Part shown: positions 1 through 7,263 of the stretch, piece after piece
How the letters are laid out: every line of letters begins with the position of its first letter
How positions within the stretch are numbered: the first letter of the stretch is position 1
Assembly: GCA_023129265.1 (NCBI GenBank)
Contig: JAGMCJ010000194.1
Coordinates: forward strand, 1-15,432
Origin: Thermoplasmata archaeon
GTDB lineage: Archaea; Thermoplasmatota; Thermoplasmata; RBG-16-68-12; JAGMCJ01
Length of the DNA stretch: 15,432 nt
Direction: 5' to 3'
The notes under the pieces: generated by a model
The model's database searches: none
Seen by the model: the letters and a program-made list of their open reading frames with translations, nothing else
What the model was told of the DNA's origin: nothing
Made by a program: the position numbers and the translations under genes

Positions 1-1059
1 CGCGTTCAGGCTGATGACCACGCTGTCACCGGGGTTCACGGGAATCACATCAGATTGAAAGGGAGGGACAGTTGATGACGGGTCAGCATAGGAGTAGTTC
101 CCCGACGGGGTTTCGATCAGGATGTCGCTTGGCGAGAGATCAGGCCCCTCCACGTAGAAGAGAATCGTCGCAGAGTTGTTGCCCTCATCGTATTCGGTCA
201 CGTTGTCGTAGAAGTCCACCGTGTAGCTAAGGAGACAGCCCCCGACGAAGGGTAGGGCTGGCGCGGTCCAGATCGTGCTGAACCTCGCTCCCGGGGGTGC
301 GGAAGACCCCGGACCTATCTCCTGTATCTCCCCGAGGTGCTCGAAGGCCCCGCAGGAGTCGTCAAGCGCGGCTGTGTTCAGGATTCTTATGAAGGGCGTC
401 CCCGCGTTCGTCACGTTGGCCTCTACCACGAGGGAAGTGCCCGCCAGAACTACTATTGGTCCTATCGGCACAGCTGGGTCGTAGGGACCGGGATACTCGA
501 TTCCGTCGACGGCGATGGCATTTGGCTGGAGGTCTGGTATCGGAACAACTACGTCCCACTGTTGAGTGTTGTCCGGATCGTTCCACATTATCGTATTCTC
601 AAGCTCCCCGAAGGGGGGGAACTCACCGGGATCGCCTGTCCCGTGGCTCGTGGCGTTCGTATTGAGCCCGCCAAAGGCAGTTGCGTCCACATGAACACGA
701 TACGTGTCGCCATTGCTCCAGTTGACGTCCCGCTCAGCCGCCTCAAGCGTGTACGCGTACCAGCCACCGCTGGTGAGGACCCCGCCGGCTTTCGGAAAAC
801 GATTCCAGGAACCGCTGTGAAGTACCCATACAGCGAAGGGTGTGCTGTCTTCCCACGGGAGGCCCTGGAGAGGTGTATCGTCCCAGAGGAAAATCCTCCC
901 CTCCAAATTCATCTCCTCGGGTTGAGCCATTGATGATTGGGTCAGCGTCACAAGGGTGAGTAGCATGAACAGAGATGCGGCAATCGACCGCAACTTCACG
1001 ACTGCCCTCCAGGAAGCGTGGCGGGCGTTCCGCCTCTCTCCAACACCACAGAACCTCAT
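1..1059 (-). CDS. Secreted CARDB-domain surface protein, N-terminal part only (ORF runs off the left window edge)
   Basis: Absent from the supplied track because it has no stop codon in the window. The reverse frame from ATG 1059-1057 is open for all 353 codons down to base 1. The N-terminus reads MRFCGVGERRNARHASWRAVVKLRSIAASLFMLLTLVTLTQSSMA/QPEE: a charged n-region, a hydrophobic core and a small-residue cleavage site. An alternative GTG start lies at 999. Residues ~175-304 (nt 148-537) read PDLQPNAIAVDG...VVEANVTNAG...YTVDFYDNVTEYDEGNNSATILFYVE, which matches the CARDB pattern (V-x-N-x-G ... DE-x-NN). A second PDL unit begins near nt 144. GAGGT overlapping the stop codon of the upstream giant gene lies 9 nt before the ATG. 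Confidence 0.7.
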   Translation of the reverse strand, partial: MRFCGVGERRNARHASWRAVVKLRSIAASLFMLLTLVTLTQSSMAQPEEMNLEGRIFLWDDTPLQGLPWEDSTPFAVWVLHSGSWNRFPKAGGVLTSGGWYAYTLEAAERDVNWSNGDTYRVHVDATAFGGLNTNATSHGTGDPGEFPPFGELENTIMWNDPDNTQQWDVVVPIPDLQPNAIAVDGIEYPGPYDPAVPIGPIVVLAGTSLVVEANVTNAGTPFIRILNTAALDDSCGAFEHLGEIQEIGPGSSAPPGARFSTIWTAPALPFVGGCLLSYTVDFYDNVTEYDEGNNSATILFYVEGPDLSPSDILIETPSGNYSYADPSSTVPPFQSDVIPVNPGDSVVISLNA

Positions 1060-1071
1060 ATCGATACTACC

Positions 1072-4000
1072 TCAGACTCCAGCAAAGCCGAAGACCACAT
1101 CGGATGAGACATTGAGCTTCAGGGTGACAAACATCGCGAATTCCCTGTCGTACACCCCAACCTCCATGGCCGGGATATGTGGAACCCACCTCGACTCGGA
1201 GTGCTTGTACCAGAGGATGACAAGCGCGTTCATGACGTAGTCAGTGTAGTACGAGACGTTCTGATATGCGTACTGCCCGTTCGAGAACGGCTTCAGGGGA
1301 AGCGAGATGGCTTGATAGCCCTGCGTGAAGCGTCCAATCCATATGCCTGAGCTGTAGCTACCAGAGCCTTGGCCGAGCGAATCGCTCAGCGGGAAAATCA
1401 TGTAGTAGAACTCGTCATAGGGTTCGAAGAAGGCGTTCACGTGATCCACGCTGACCACGGGGCCCACCGGAGGCACGAAGGAACTGTACAGCGACCAGTA
1501 ATCCAGCCCTAGTTCTCCATAGAACCCAACTCTGCTGTTCGAATAGTAGATGTCATACGCGTCAGAGCCAACGGGCTGTAGCCAGGTAACCCTGATGTTG
1601 TTGCCCACAATGCTGAGCTCTACACTCTTGGCGTTTCCCGTGTGGTCAAAGCCGCCAAAGAGGAGCTCATCGTACCTGATCATGGTCCCGGGCAGACCCA
1701 CGAATATGAAGCGCACGTCGGACCCAAGTTCCACCACACAGCCATCGCCTATCGCGATTGTTCTGACAGGATCGCCACCGCCAGGAACCCTCAGCCAGTG
1801 CTCCGCCTCCATGTATTCGACGTAGTCTGCACCGAGCGCGGCCCGGTACTCCTCCGTGGTGTCCGTTCGAGCTGGCCCATCATACTCGACCCATGGGAAG
1901 TAGTCCAGGGGGATCGAGAATGTGTTGAATCCTGCGGAGAAAGTGTTCGTCCACGCGCCCGCCGTGTTGCTGGTCTCGCTGATGTCGCTCTCGTTCGCAT
2001 TCGCCGCTCTTATTAGGTAATAGTACTCACCGTCATGGCTGGCTGCTCCTCCCGCTTCTGGGTCCACCCAGTCGGTCGTCCCCGCCGGAACCACGTCATA
2101 CGCCGCGGCGGGAGACAGGTCTTGGAACCCGTTCTGGGTGAGTGACCTGAAAATGAGGTAATGATCCAGTTCTGGCCAGGGTGCCTCGACCCACCTGAGA
2201 CCTATGTCAGCTCCTCCGTCCCAATATGTCTCCACATTCTTGGGCGGGGCGGCGTAATAGGTCACCGTGATCATGACAAGAGGGAAGGGTACAACGGTAT
2301 GGTTGCCGTCCCATTTCACATATGCAACGCGGGCATCGGGATAGACTCCCACGGGATTAGTGCCAACGAGGTCGGAGGTGACATCGTACTCAACCTCCCA
2401 GGTCTCATTAATCGCCAGGGAGCTGACATTCCACTGCATGAATGTGAACACGCCCCTGTTGCCCATGTAGTGCGGGAGTTTTGGAAGACCCGAGGAAGGA
2501 TTGCGGAAGGAGCCGGTTACGAGGTGTATATAGGATGGAAGGACGTCCTCGATCATGGGAGAGTTGTCGGAGACATCCAAGTCCCGACCCGCCACCTGAT
2601 CGACTATCGTTCCGATCTGCTTGTAGATGCCTACCAGATCCTCGGGCGTCTCGGCGTAGAAGTACTCACCCTCGGTTATGGCGGCGATGTTCTGTAGCAC
2701 GGCGTGCTGGGCATCTGAACCCAGACCAATCGTGTAGATGACTACGTTGTTGGCTGCAGCGTTCTGAGCCTCAGTGATGGGATCGAGACCTGAATTGCTC
2801 TTCCCGTCCGTTAGAAGAATACATACCCAGATATGGTTCGGGTCAGCATCCGACACGAGGTCATTCCAGCATGCATATATTGCGTTTCCAATTGCGGTTC
2901 CTCCGACCGGAACAAGAACACTGTCTATGTCTGCCTTAATCTGCAGGTAATTCGTGCTGAGCGGGTTAATTCGCATCACAGAAGTGTCGAAGAATATCAC
3001 AGCACCCTGGTCGGGTAGCTTCATGTCGTCGACGTAGCTCTTTGCGCCTAGCTTGGCATAATCGAATTTCTCGATTGGCCAGTTCATGCTGCCGGACTTG
3101 TCTATGAGGAAAATGACATCCTGGGGAACGGACCTGATTACCCCAGAGCCTTGGCCAGTGACAGATAGCAGGACAGTCGCGACGGTTGGGTAGCCGGGAC
3201 CCGCGTTTTCGTGGAATATCGTGGACGGTGCCACGCTTTTCACAGGCTCGATGTGGGGATATACTCTCACGAGAATACTTGCACTGTCCGATGCCAGTGT
3301 GGTTGATGATGCCGTGCCAGTGACAATGACCGACTGATAGTTCCCGACTGGGGGGCTTGAGGGGACGTTCACACCGATCTTGAACTGCAGCGATTGCTCC
3401 GGACCGAGAGGTCCAGAATCCGGAATGCCGTCACCGTCTCCTGGGGAGTCCATCAGGGGGAAGATTCCATCGTCCTGCAGTATCTCAATCGTCCAGTTGT
3501 TCGGTGCGCTCGTTATCGTTATGTCGATGTAGTCCGAGATAAGTTGCTTGTTTGTCACCGTTAGATTCAGGAGCACTCGTTCTCCGACCTCCCCGTGAGT
3601 GTCGTGGTCGGGGCCCAGCACCACCAGCGCGAGTGTGGGAGCCATGTCAAACCTCCAGCCTGCGTTGGTGGAGCTGGTGTCATCGTAGCCATCGGAGGTC
3701 CCATTGCCGTCGGGCACTCGGCTCATAGAGAATCCCTGTGAATGCAGAGAGCTCCATCCTGCCATGTCAAGCAGCTGACCCGTTGAATCGTAGAGGTAGA
3801 CATTATCTGCCAGGACGCCCATGGAATCGAAGAACCCCGAGTCCATTGGATACCTCAACACGTAGTGCGGATTGGCTTCGGTAAGGGTGATTCCGCCCAC
3901 GAGGTATTCCTGATTGGCGACAATCGTGTAGCCCAGCAGACTGATGGAACCGGCACCTCTGTAGTAGACCTCCACATATGCTTCGTCAGCAACATTCGGG

Positions 4001-5766
4001 AAGTACAAGATCTCATTGAGTACGAGTTCTGGGTTCCCATCAACGCCTGGAACGCTGTTGTCTGCTCCGAATGTCGGAACCTCTTCCCGGACCCATTCAT
4101 CCGTGTAGCCGTTGCCCACCCTGCGCCTCGAAACGGACTCCCCCCAAAGAGGGTCAGGCGCTGTTCCCATCTGACCATATCCGACTTCGTCTATGAAGGT
4201 CAGGCTCACGGGGTCAAACAGGAAAAGTCTGGCACCTTGGTCGCCCAGGTTGAGTGGAATGACCAGGTCCGCAGAAGGGTCGTCGCCAAGCGTCCTGTAC
4301 TCAAGCGAAGGTATAGTCCCCAGTGCCGTCAAGGAATAGAGCTGGGTATCGTCGACTTGAAGTACATATCCGTTCAGGTCAACTGGTTTGGAGCCGAAGT
4401 TGTATATCTCCACGAGTTGCGCGTTGTTGGGTGCATCCCTCAGCTCGGTAATCAGGATTTGCCCCGTATCGTAAGAGGAGAAGTAGACCTCATAGAAAGT
4501 CTGGCTTCTAAAATCATTCCAAGCAATGAATATGCCGAATGTCCCCAAAGCCATCGATGGGTACTGCTGTGTTGATGAATCGTCCAACGGATCGCCATTC
4601 TCATCGGTATCATCCACACGTAAGTCATTGCCGTTCATGATTCCGTCTCCCCATGTAGTGCCCCCGTCCTCCGAGTATGAAAAGAATATGTCTGGATCGC
4701 CGGCCCGGTTGTCGCTCCACGTCACATATAGTCCTCGCGGTCCAGAGACTATGCAGGGGCCAGTGTATGAAGTCGAGGATGCGTAGTCATCCACCTTGAC
4801 AGGGCTGGACCAAGTATTCCCACCATCCGTGGATCTCGAGTGGCTGATTTGCCTCTCTCCTGAGGGATTGTTGTAGTACCATACGGCGTGAAGAATCCCG
4901 GTGGTGTCTGCTGCAACGTCAAGATGCCTGAGAATGGAACCCGAAGGTTCGGCGAAAAGAACGTGAGGTGTCCAAGTGGTGGACCCTAGGTCTGATGAGT
5001 CGGCAATCCAAAAGGTCGTGAAGCTAACATCCTGCTCCCTCCAGGACACGTGAATCTTACTACCAGCGGTGGTTACAGACGGAAATGCATTTATCGATTC
5101 TTGGGTGGAGATCTGAACCTCTGGCTCAAAGCTGAAGCCCCCGTCCGTGGACTTGGACACAAAGACGTGGTCGTACGAAGGATTGCGATCATCGAACCAA
5201 ACAACGAAGAGATTCCCGGAAGAACCAACACCGACATCTGGCTCCCGACACCTTGTGTTTTGTGAAGCAGTGTCCACTTTCACCGGGGCCGACCAAGTCG
5301 CTCCTGAATTGGATGAATAGGTCGCAAATATGTGAATTCCGCCTGCCATCGAAGACTCCTGCCAGGAGACATATATTCGATTATTCATGGCGCCCCCAGT
5401 TCTGTCGATGGCAATGGAGGGCAAGCGAGAATTGGCGCCATGAACCCCAGAATCTATTCTAATCGATGATGACCAACTCGCCCCTTCGTCAGTCGACTTG
5501 GAATAGTAAATTCCATAATAGCCCGTTCTGTTGTCAGACCACACAATGTGAATAACTTCGTTTCCATCAACAGCGACGTCGGGACTCCAGGAGTTCGCTG
5601 ATCCATCGTCCACTTTCTGATTAGGGCGACTGAAGGATTTGGTGAGATGAATCTCTGGTGTATCATCACTCGCGACGACAACCAGGCTTGTTATCATGAG
5701 AATCGTAGAAATGAGAGCAAACAACCTACAATAGTCACACCAAACGCTGGATGCCGCGTCCTTCAT
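1072..5766 (-). CDS. Giant secreted multidomain surface/adhesin-like protein (BNR/Asp-box beta-propeller, 2x lamin-tail-domain, VWA with MIDAS, FN3-like modules)
   Basis: This is the track ORF 1072..5799, whose start at 5799 is a TTG. I prefer ATG 5766-5764 (residue 12 of the track ORF) because GGAGGAGG (complement of 5771-5778) sits 4 nt upstream. The hydrophobic segment LFALISTILMITSLVVVA (residues 26-43) acts as a signal peptide or signal anchor. Numbering below follows the track ORF.
- Five clear Asp-boxes (S-x-D-x-G-x-x-W/F): SKSTDEGASW 100-109, SSNSGATW 162-169, SKSTDGGFSF 215-224, SRSTDGGNTW 321-330, SYSEDGGTTW 374-383, plus a degenerate one at 268-276.
- Two LTD-like units: ILITELRDAPNNAQLVEIYNFGSKPVDLNGYVL 448-480 and LVLNEILYFPNVADEAYVEVYYRGAGSISLLGYTI 592-626.
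- A VWA domain at ~893-1070, with MIDAS DKSGS at 900-904 (nt 3088-3102 verified as GAC AAG TCC GGC AGC), GGT at 966-968 and LLTDG at 995-999.
- Two FN3-like modules in the C-terminal 390 aa.
- No C-terminal TM or sorting signal seen. Confidence 0.85.
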   Translation of the reverse strand: MKDAASSVWCDYCRLFALISTILMITSLVVVASDDTPEIHLTKSFSRPNQKVDDGSANSWSPDVAVDGNEVIHIVWSDNRTGYYGIYYSKSTDEGASWSSSIRIDSGVHGANSRLPSIAIDRTGGAMNNRIYVSWQESSMAGGIHIFATYSSNSGATWSAPVKVDTASQNTRCREPDVGVGSSGNLFVVWFDDRNPSYDHVFVSKSTDGGFSFEPEVQISTQESINAFPSVTTAGSKIHVSWREQDVSFTTFWIADSSDLGSTTWTPHVLFAEPSGSILRHLDVAADTTGILHAVWYYNNPSGERQISHSRSTDGGNTWSSPVKVDDYASSTSYTGPCIVSGPRGLYVTWSDNRAGDPDIFFSYSEDGGTTWGDGIMNGNDLRVDDTDENGDPLDDSSTQQYPSMALGTFGIFIAWNDFRSQTFYEVYFSSYDTGQILITELRDAPNNAQLVEIYNFGSKPVDLNGYVLQVDDTQLYSLTALGTIPSLEYRTLGDDPSADLVIPLNLGDQGARLFLFDPVSLTFIDEVGYGQMGTAPDPLWGESVSRRRVGNGYTDEWVREEVPTFGADNSVPGVDGNPELVLNEILYFPNVADEAYVEVYYRGAGSISLLGYTIVANQEYLVGGITLTEANPHYVLRYPMDSGFFDSMGVLADNVYLYDSTGQLLDMAGWSSLHSQGFSMSRVPDGNGTSDGYDDTSSTNAGWRFDMAPTLALVVLGPDHDTHGEVGERVLLNLTVTNKQLISDYIDITITSAPNNWTIEILQDDGIFPLMDSPGDGDGIPDSGPLGPEQSLQFKIGVNVPSSPPVGNYQSVIVTGTASSTTLASDSASILVRVYPHIEPVKSVAPSTIFHENAGPGYPTVATVLLSVTGQGSGVIRSVPQDVIFLIDKSGSMNWPIEKFDYAKLGAKSYVDDMKLPDQGAVIFFDTSVMRINPLSTNYLQIKADIDSVLVPVGGTAIGNAIYACWNDLVSDADPNHIWVCILLTDGKSNSGLDPITEAQNAAANNVVIYTIGLGSDAQHAVLQNIAAITEGEYFYAETPEDLVGIYKQIGTIVDQVAGRDLDVSDNSPMIEDVLPSYIHLVTGSFRNPSSGLPKLPHYMGNRGVFTFMQWNVSSLAINETWEVEYDVTSDLVGTNPVGVYPDARVAYVKWDGNHTVVPFPLVMITVTYYAAPPKNVETYWDGGADIGLRWVEAPWPELDHYLIFRSLTQNGFQDLSPAAAYDVVPAGTTDWVDPEAGGAASHDGEYYYLIRAANANESDISETSNTAGAWTNTFSAGFNTFSIPLDYFPWVEYDGPARTDTTEEYRAALGADYVEYMEAEHWLRVPGGGDPVRTIAIGDGCVVELGSDVRFIFVGLPGTMIRYDELLFGGFDHTGNAKSVELSIVGNNIRVTWLQPVGSDAYDIYYSNSRVGFYGELGLDYWSLYSSFVPPVGPVVSVDHVNAFFEPYDEFYYMIFPLSDSLGQGSGSYSSGIWIGRFTQGYQAISLPLKPFSNGQYAYQNVSYYTDYVMNALVILWYKHSESRWVPHIPAMEVGVYDREFAMFVTLKLNVSSDVVFGFAGV

Positions 5767-5854
5767 AGCTCCTCCTCCGAGGAAGGTATTGCAGCACAAA
5801 CGGTAGGTCTCCGCCTCCGTCTCTGCCCACTGTGCAAATTAATGACACGGCGCC

Positions 5855-5871
5855 TATTTATATTTTCCCGC
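5855..5871 (-). promoter_or_regulatory. BRE/TATA-like element upstream of the giant surface-protein gene
   Basis: The minus strand reads CGGG-AAAATATAAATA (complement of 5855-5871), the only strong TATA-like string in the 5767-6063 spacer. It lies ~94 nt upstream of ATG 5766, implying a ~65-nt leader carrying the GGAGGAGG SD. On the plus strand the same string reads TTTATATT, so direction is ambiguous. It is ~200 nt from the CoA-binding gene start, which makes that assignment less likely. Confidence 0.3.
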
Positions 5872-6063
5872 CAGGACATCCACAGACCGCTCTTGGTCCC
5901 ATTCGGGCGACTATTGTCAAACTAAGAATTTGAACCATGCCATTGGTACGGCCAGAACCTTGTATCCGGTTTGAATCGTTTGGCCTCTCGCACAAGAACC
6001 CTATCGCTAATCTCGAAGCTCATCATTAGCATCCCAGTCATCGTTCTTCGAGGAGCCGTGAAC

Positions 6064-6496
6064 GTGACCGATGAATTTGTGGTTTCATCTGACGAACTCA
6101 GGGAGATTTGAAAGACTCGAAAACAATTGCCGTAGTTGGGTGTCGGCCAAACCAGAGAGGCCAAGCTATCGAGTGGCAAGATACCTAGAAGATGCGGGCC
6201 ACGAAGTCATCCCAGTGAACCCGAACTATCAGGAAATTGATGAGATGAAGAGCTATCCCGGCCTAGAATCGATATCCAAGGATGTAGACGTAGTAGACAT
6301 ATTCCGCAGGTCCGAATATGTAGTACCTGCAGTAGATGTCGCAATGAGAAAAGGCGCCAAGGTCATATGGATGCAAGAGGGTGTTGTCAACAAGGAAGCC
6401 GCAATAAAGGCCAGACAGGCGGGGCTGAAGGTCGTCATGGACAGGTGCATGATGAAGGAGCATCACAGGCTGATAGCCCACGAGACAGGAGAATAG
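6064..6496 (+). pseudogene. CoA-binding protein (YccU / CoA_binding_2 family) interrupted by two 1-nt frameshifts near the 5' end
   Basis: The family-typical N-terminus is split across three frames.
- Frame A: GTG 6064 (AGGAG at 6051-6055, 8 nt upstream) gives TDEFVVSSDELREI, then TGA at 6109-6111.
- Frame B: from 6108, LKDSKTIAVVG, then junk to TAG 6186-6188.
- Frame C: from 6140, VSAKPERPSYRVARYLEDAGHEVIPVNPNYQEIDEMKSYPGL...VDVVDIFRRSE...GAKVIWMQEGVVNKEAAIKARQAGLKVVMDRCMMKEH, to TAG 6494-6496.

Joined, these read DELREILKDSKTIAVVGVSAKPERPSYRV, matching the YccU-type pattern (TIAxVGAS-x-KP-x-RPSY). The join needs one extra T in the TTT run at 6107-6109 and one extra G in the GGG run at 6138-6140. 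The first 22 aa of the track ORF (6071..6496) are out-of-frame junk. Confidence 0.65.
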
Positions 6497-6498
6497 TG

Positions 6499-6502
6499 TT
6501 TT
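6499..6502 (+). terminator. Oligo-T tract just after the CoA-binding gene stop
   Basis: TAG at 6494-6496 is followed by TG-TTTT-C. Archaeal termination typically uses short T-runs. A second T4 lies at 6562-6565, after a GC-rich repeat/hairpin region. Confidence 0.3.
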
Positions 6503-6645
6503 CGGGCGCGAGAGGCAAGTGGGCCCGCCGAGAATTTCAGGCCCTCGCGAGAGCAAGAGCCTTTTGAACTCGAGTTACCAGCACCCCAAGCTGGAAGGAT
6601 ACCAAGCTACCCCACGGGCCCTGACGGTGCATGGTGCCGTAGAAC

Positions 6646-6650
6646 AAAAA
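6646..6650 (-). terminator. Oligo-T tract downstream of rpoN
   Basis: The minus strand reads CCTTTTTG (complement of 6645-6652), beginning 11 nt after the rpoN stop codon (6661-6663). It marks the end of the rpl18e-rpl13-rps9-rpoN operon. Confidence 0.35.
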
Positions 6651-6660
6651 GGCTTCGCAT

Positions 6661-6852
6661 CTATCCGAATGGCAGCACGTCATCAATCGTGTCAGCATTC
6701 GAAAGCAGCATTCTGCGGCAACAATAGCGGGTTAATCCAAGGGAATCGAGAACCTTCTGCGGATCCTCGCCCATCTCGATTTTCTTCTGATATTCCTCCC
6801 ACTCAGAGGCCACGACCCTTCCGCAGCTGAAGCATCTCACTGGTATTATCAC
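6661..6852 (-). CDS. rpoN: DNA-directed RNA polymerase subunit N (Rpo10 / Rpb10 homologue)
   Basis: The C-terminal 63 codons of track ORF 6661..7032 read (V/M)IIPVRCFSCGRVVASEWEEYQKKIEMGEDPQKVLDSLGLTRYCCRRMLLSNADTIDDVLPFG. This carries the Rpb10/RpoN signature (PVRCF-x-CG ... RYCCRRM). I place the start at GTG 6852-6850, which is preceded by AGGTGA spanning the rps9 stop with a 4-nt spacer. The upstream extension of the track ORF overlaps rps9 and is spurious. Confidence 0.9.
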   Translation of the reverse strand: MIIPVRCFSCGRVVASEWEEYQKKIEMGEDPQKVLDSLGLTRYCCRRMLLSNADTIDDVLPFG

Positions 6853-6856
6853 AGAA

Positions 6857-7255
6857 TCACCTATAGGACTTCTGCCTCTTCTTCCTTGCGCCCCTGCCCA
6901 TCGGCTTCTTGGGCATTTTTCTTCTTGGGTCGCTTGCGAGCAGGGTTCTGTCCCGTTCCTTGAAAAGCGATTCCAGCTCCTTGCTCTCAAGATATGCCAC
7001 GATGCCCCTGGCGATAGCCGTCCGTGTCGCATCTGCCTGACCCATGATGCCCCCGCCCTTCACGTTGACCTCGATGTCCAGTTTCTTGATCTTGTCTCCG
7101 GCCATGACGATGGGCTCAAGGATCTTCTGGCGGGCCAGTTCCGGACTCAGTATCTCGACTGGTCTCTTGTTCACCCTAACCAGTCCCTTCCCTGGCTTGA
7201 TCGTGGCTCTTGCGATCGCCTTCTTCCTCTTCCCGCTTGTCTGGATGACTTTCAT
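6857..7255 (-). CDS. rps9: 30S ribosomal protein uS9
   Basis: 132 aa: MKVIQTSGKRKKAIARATIKPGKG...VNVKGGGIMGQADATRTAIARGIV...DPRRKMPKKPMGRGARKKRQKSYR, a typical uS9 with the C-terminal basic tail ending in R. The ATG at 7255 is preceded by GGTGG, which overlaps the rpl13 stop. Confidence 0.95.
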   Translation of the reverse strand: MKVIQTSGKRKKAIARATIKPGKGLVRVNKRPVEILSPELARQKILEPIVMAGDKIKKLDIEVNVKGGGIMGQADATRTAIARGIVAYLESKELESLFKERDRTLLASDPRRKMPKKPMGRGARKKRQKSYR

Positions 7256-7263
7256 CGGACCAC

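Noticed and set aside
337-933. Track ORF of 198 aa on the plus strand (and 275..484, 456..665)
   Set aside because: The opposite strand is open for 353 codons and encodes a signal peptide plus clear CARDB motifs. The plus-strand translation is low-complexity R/G/P-rich with no motif. It is an antisense shadow ORF.
5767-5799. TTG start at 5799 giving the N-terminus MCCNTFLGGGA for the giant protein
   Set aside because: ATG at 5766 has a GGAGGAGG SD 4 nt upstream and is followed directly by the signal or anchor segment. The GGAGGAGG would lie inside the coding region if 5799 were used.
5925-5985. TTTGAA-containing strings (AATTTGAACC, GGTTTGAATCG) resembling tRNA T-loops
   Set aside because: The flanking 5-mers are not complementary, so no T-stem or acceptor stem can form.
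6020-6026. C-box-like ATGATGA on the minus strand (possible C/D box sRNA)
   Set aside because: No CUGA D or D' boxes at the expected spacing, and no terminal stem.
6100-6145. Programmed ribosomal frameshifting as the explanation for the split CoA-binding gene
   Set aside because: Neither shift site is an X-XXY-YYZ slippery heptamer. Two consecutive shifts would be needed, and no downstream pseudoknot is evident. Decay or an assembly error is the simpler explanation.
5922-6179. 85-aa minus-strand ORF in the divergent spacer
   Set aside because: It overlaps the recognisable 5' end of the CoA-binding gene on the other strand. It has no SD or TATA and no recognisable motif.
6497-6660. Possible tRNA or rpoK gene downstream of rpoN, as seen in other archaeal r-protein clusters
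   Set aside because: No T-arm (GTTCRANYC) or cloverleaf could be folded on either strand. No ORF shows Rpo6/RpoK-like sequence.
6661-7032. 123-aa version of the rpoN ORF
   Set aside because: The N-terminal 60 codons overlap rps9 out of frame and are R/G/S-rich junk. The Rpb10 homology begins at the GTG at 6852, which has its own SD.
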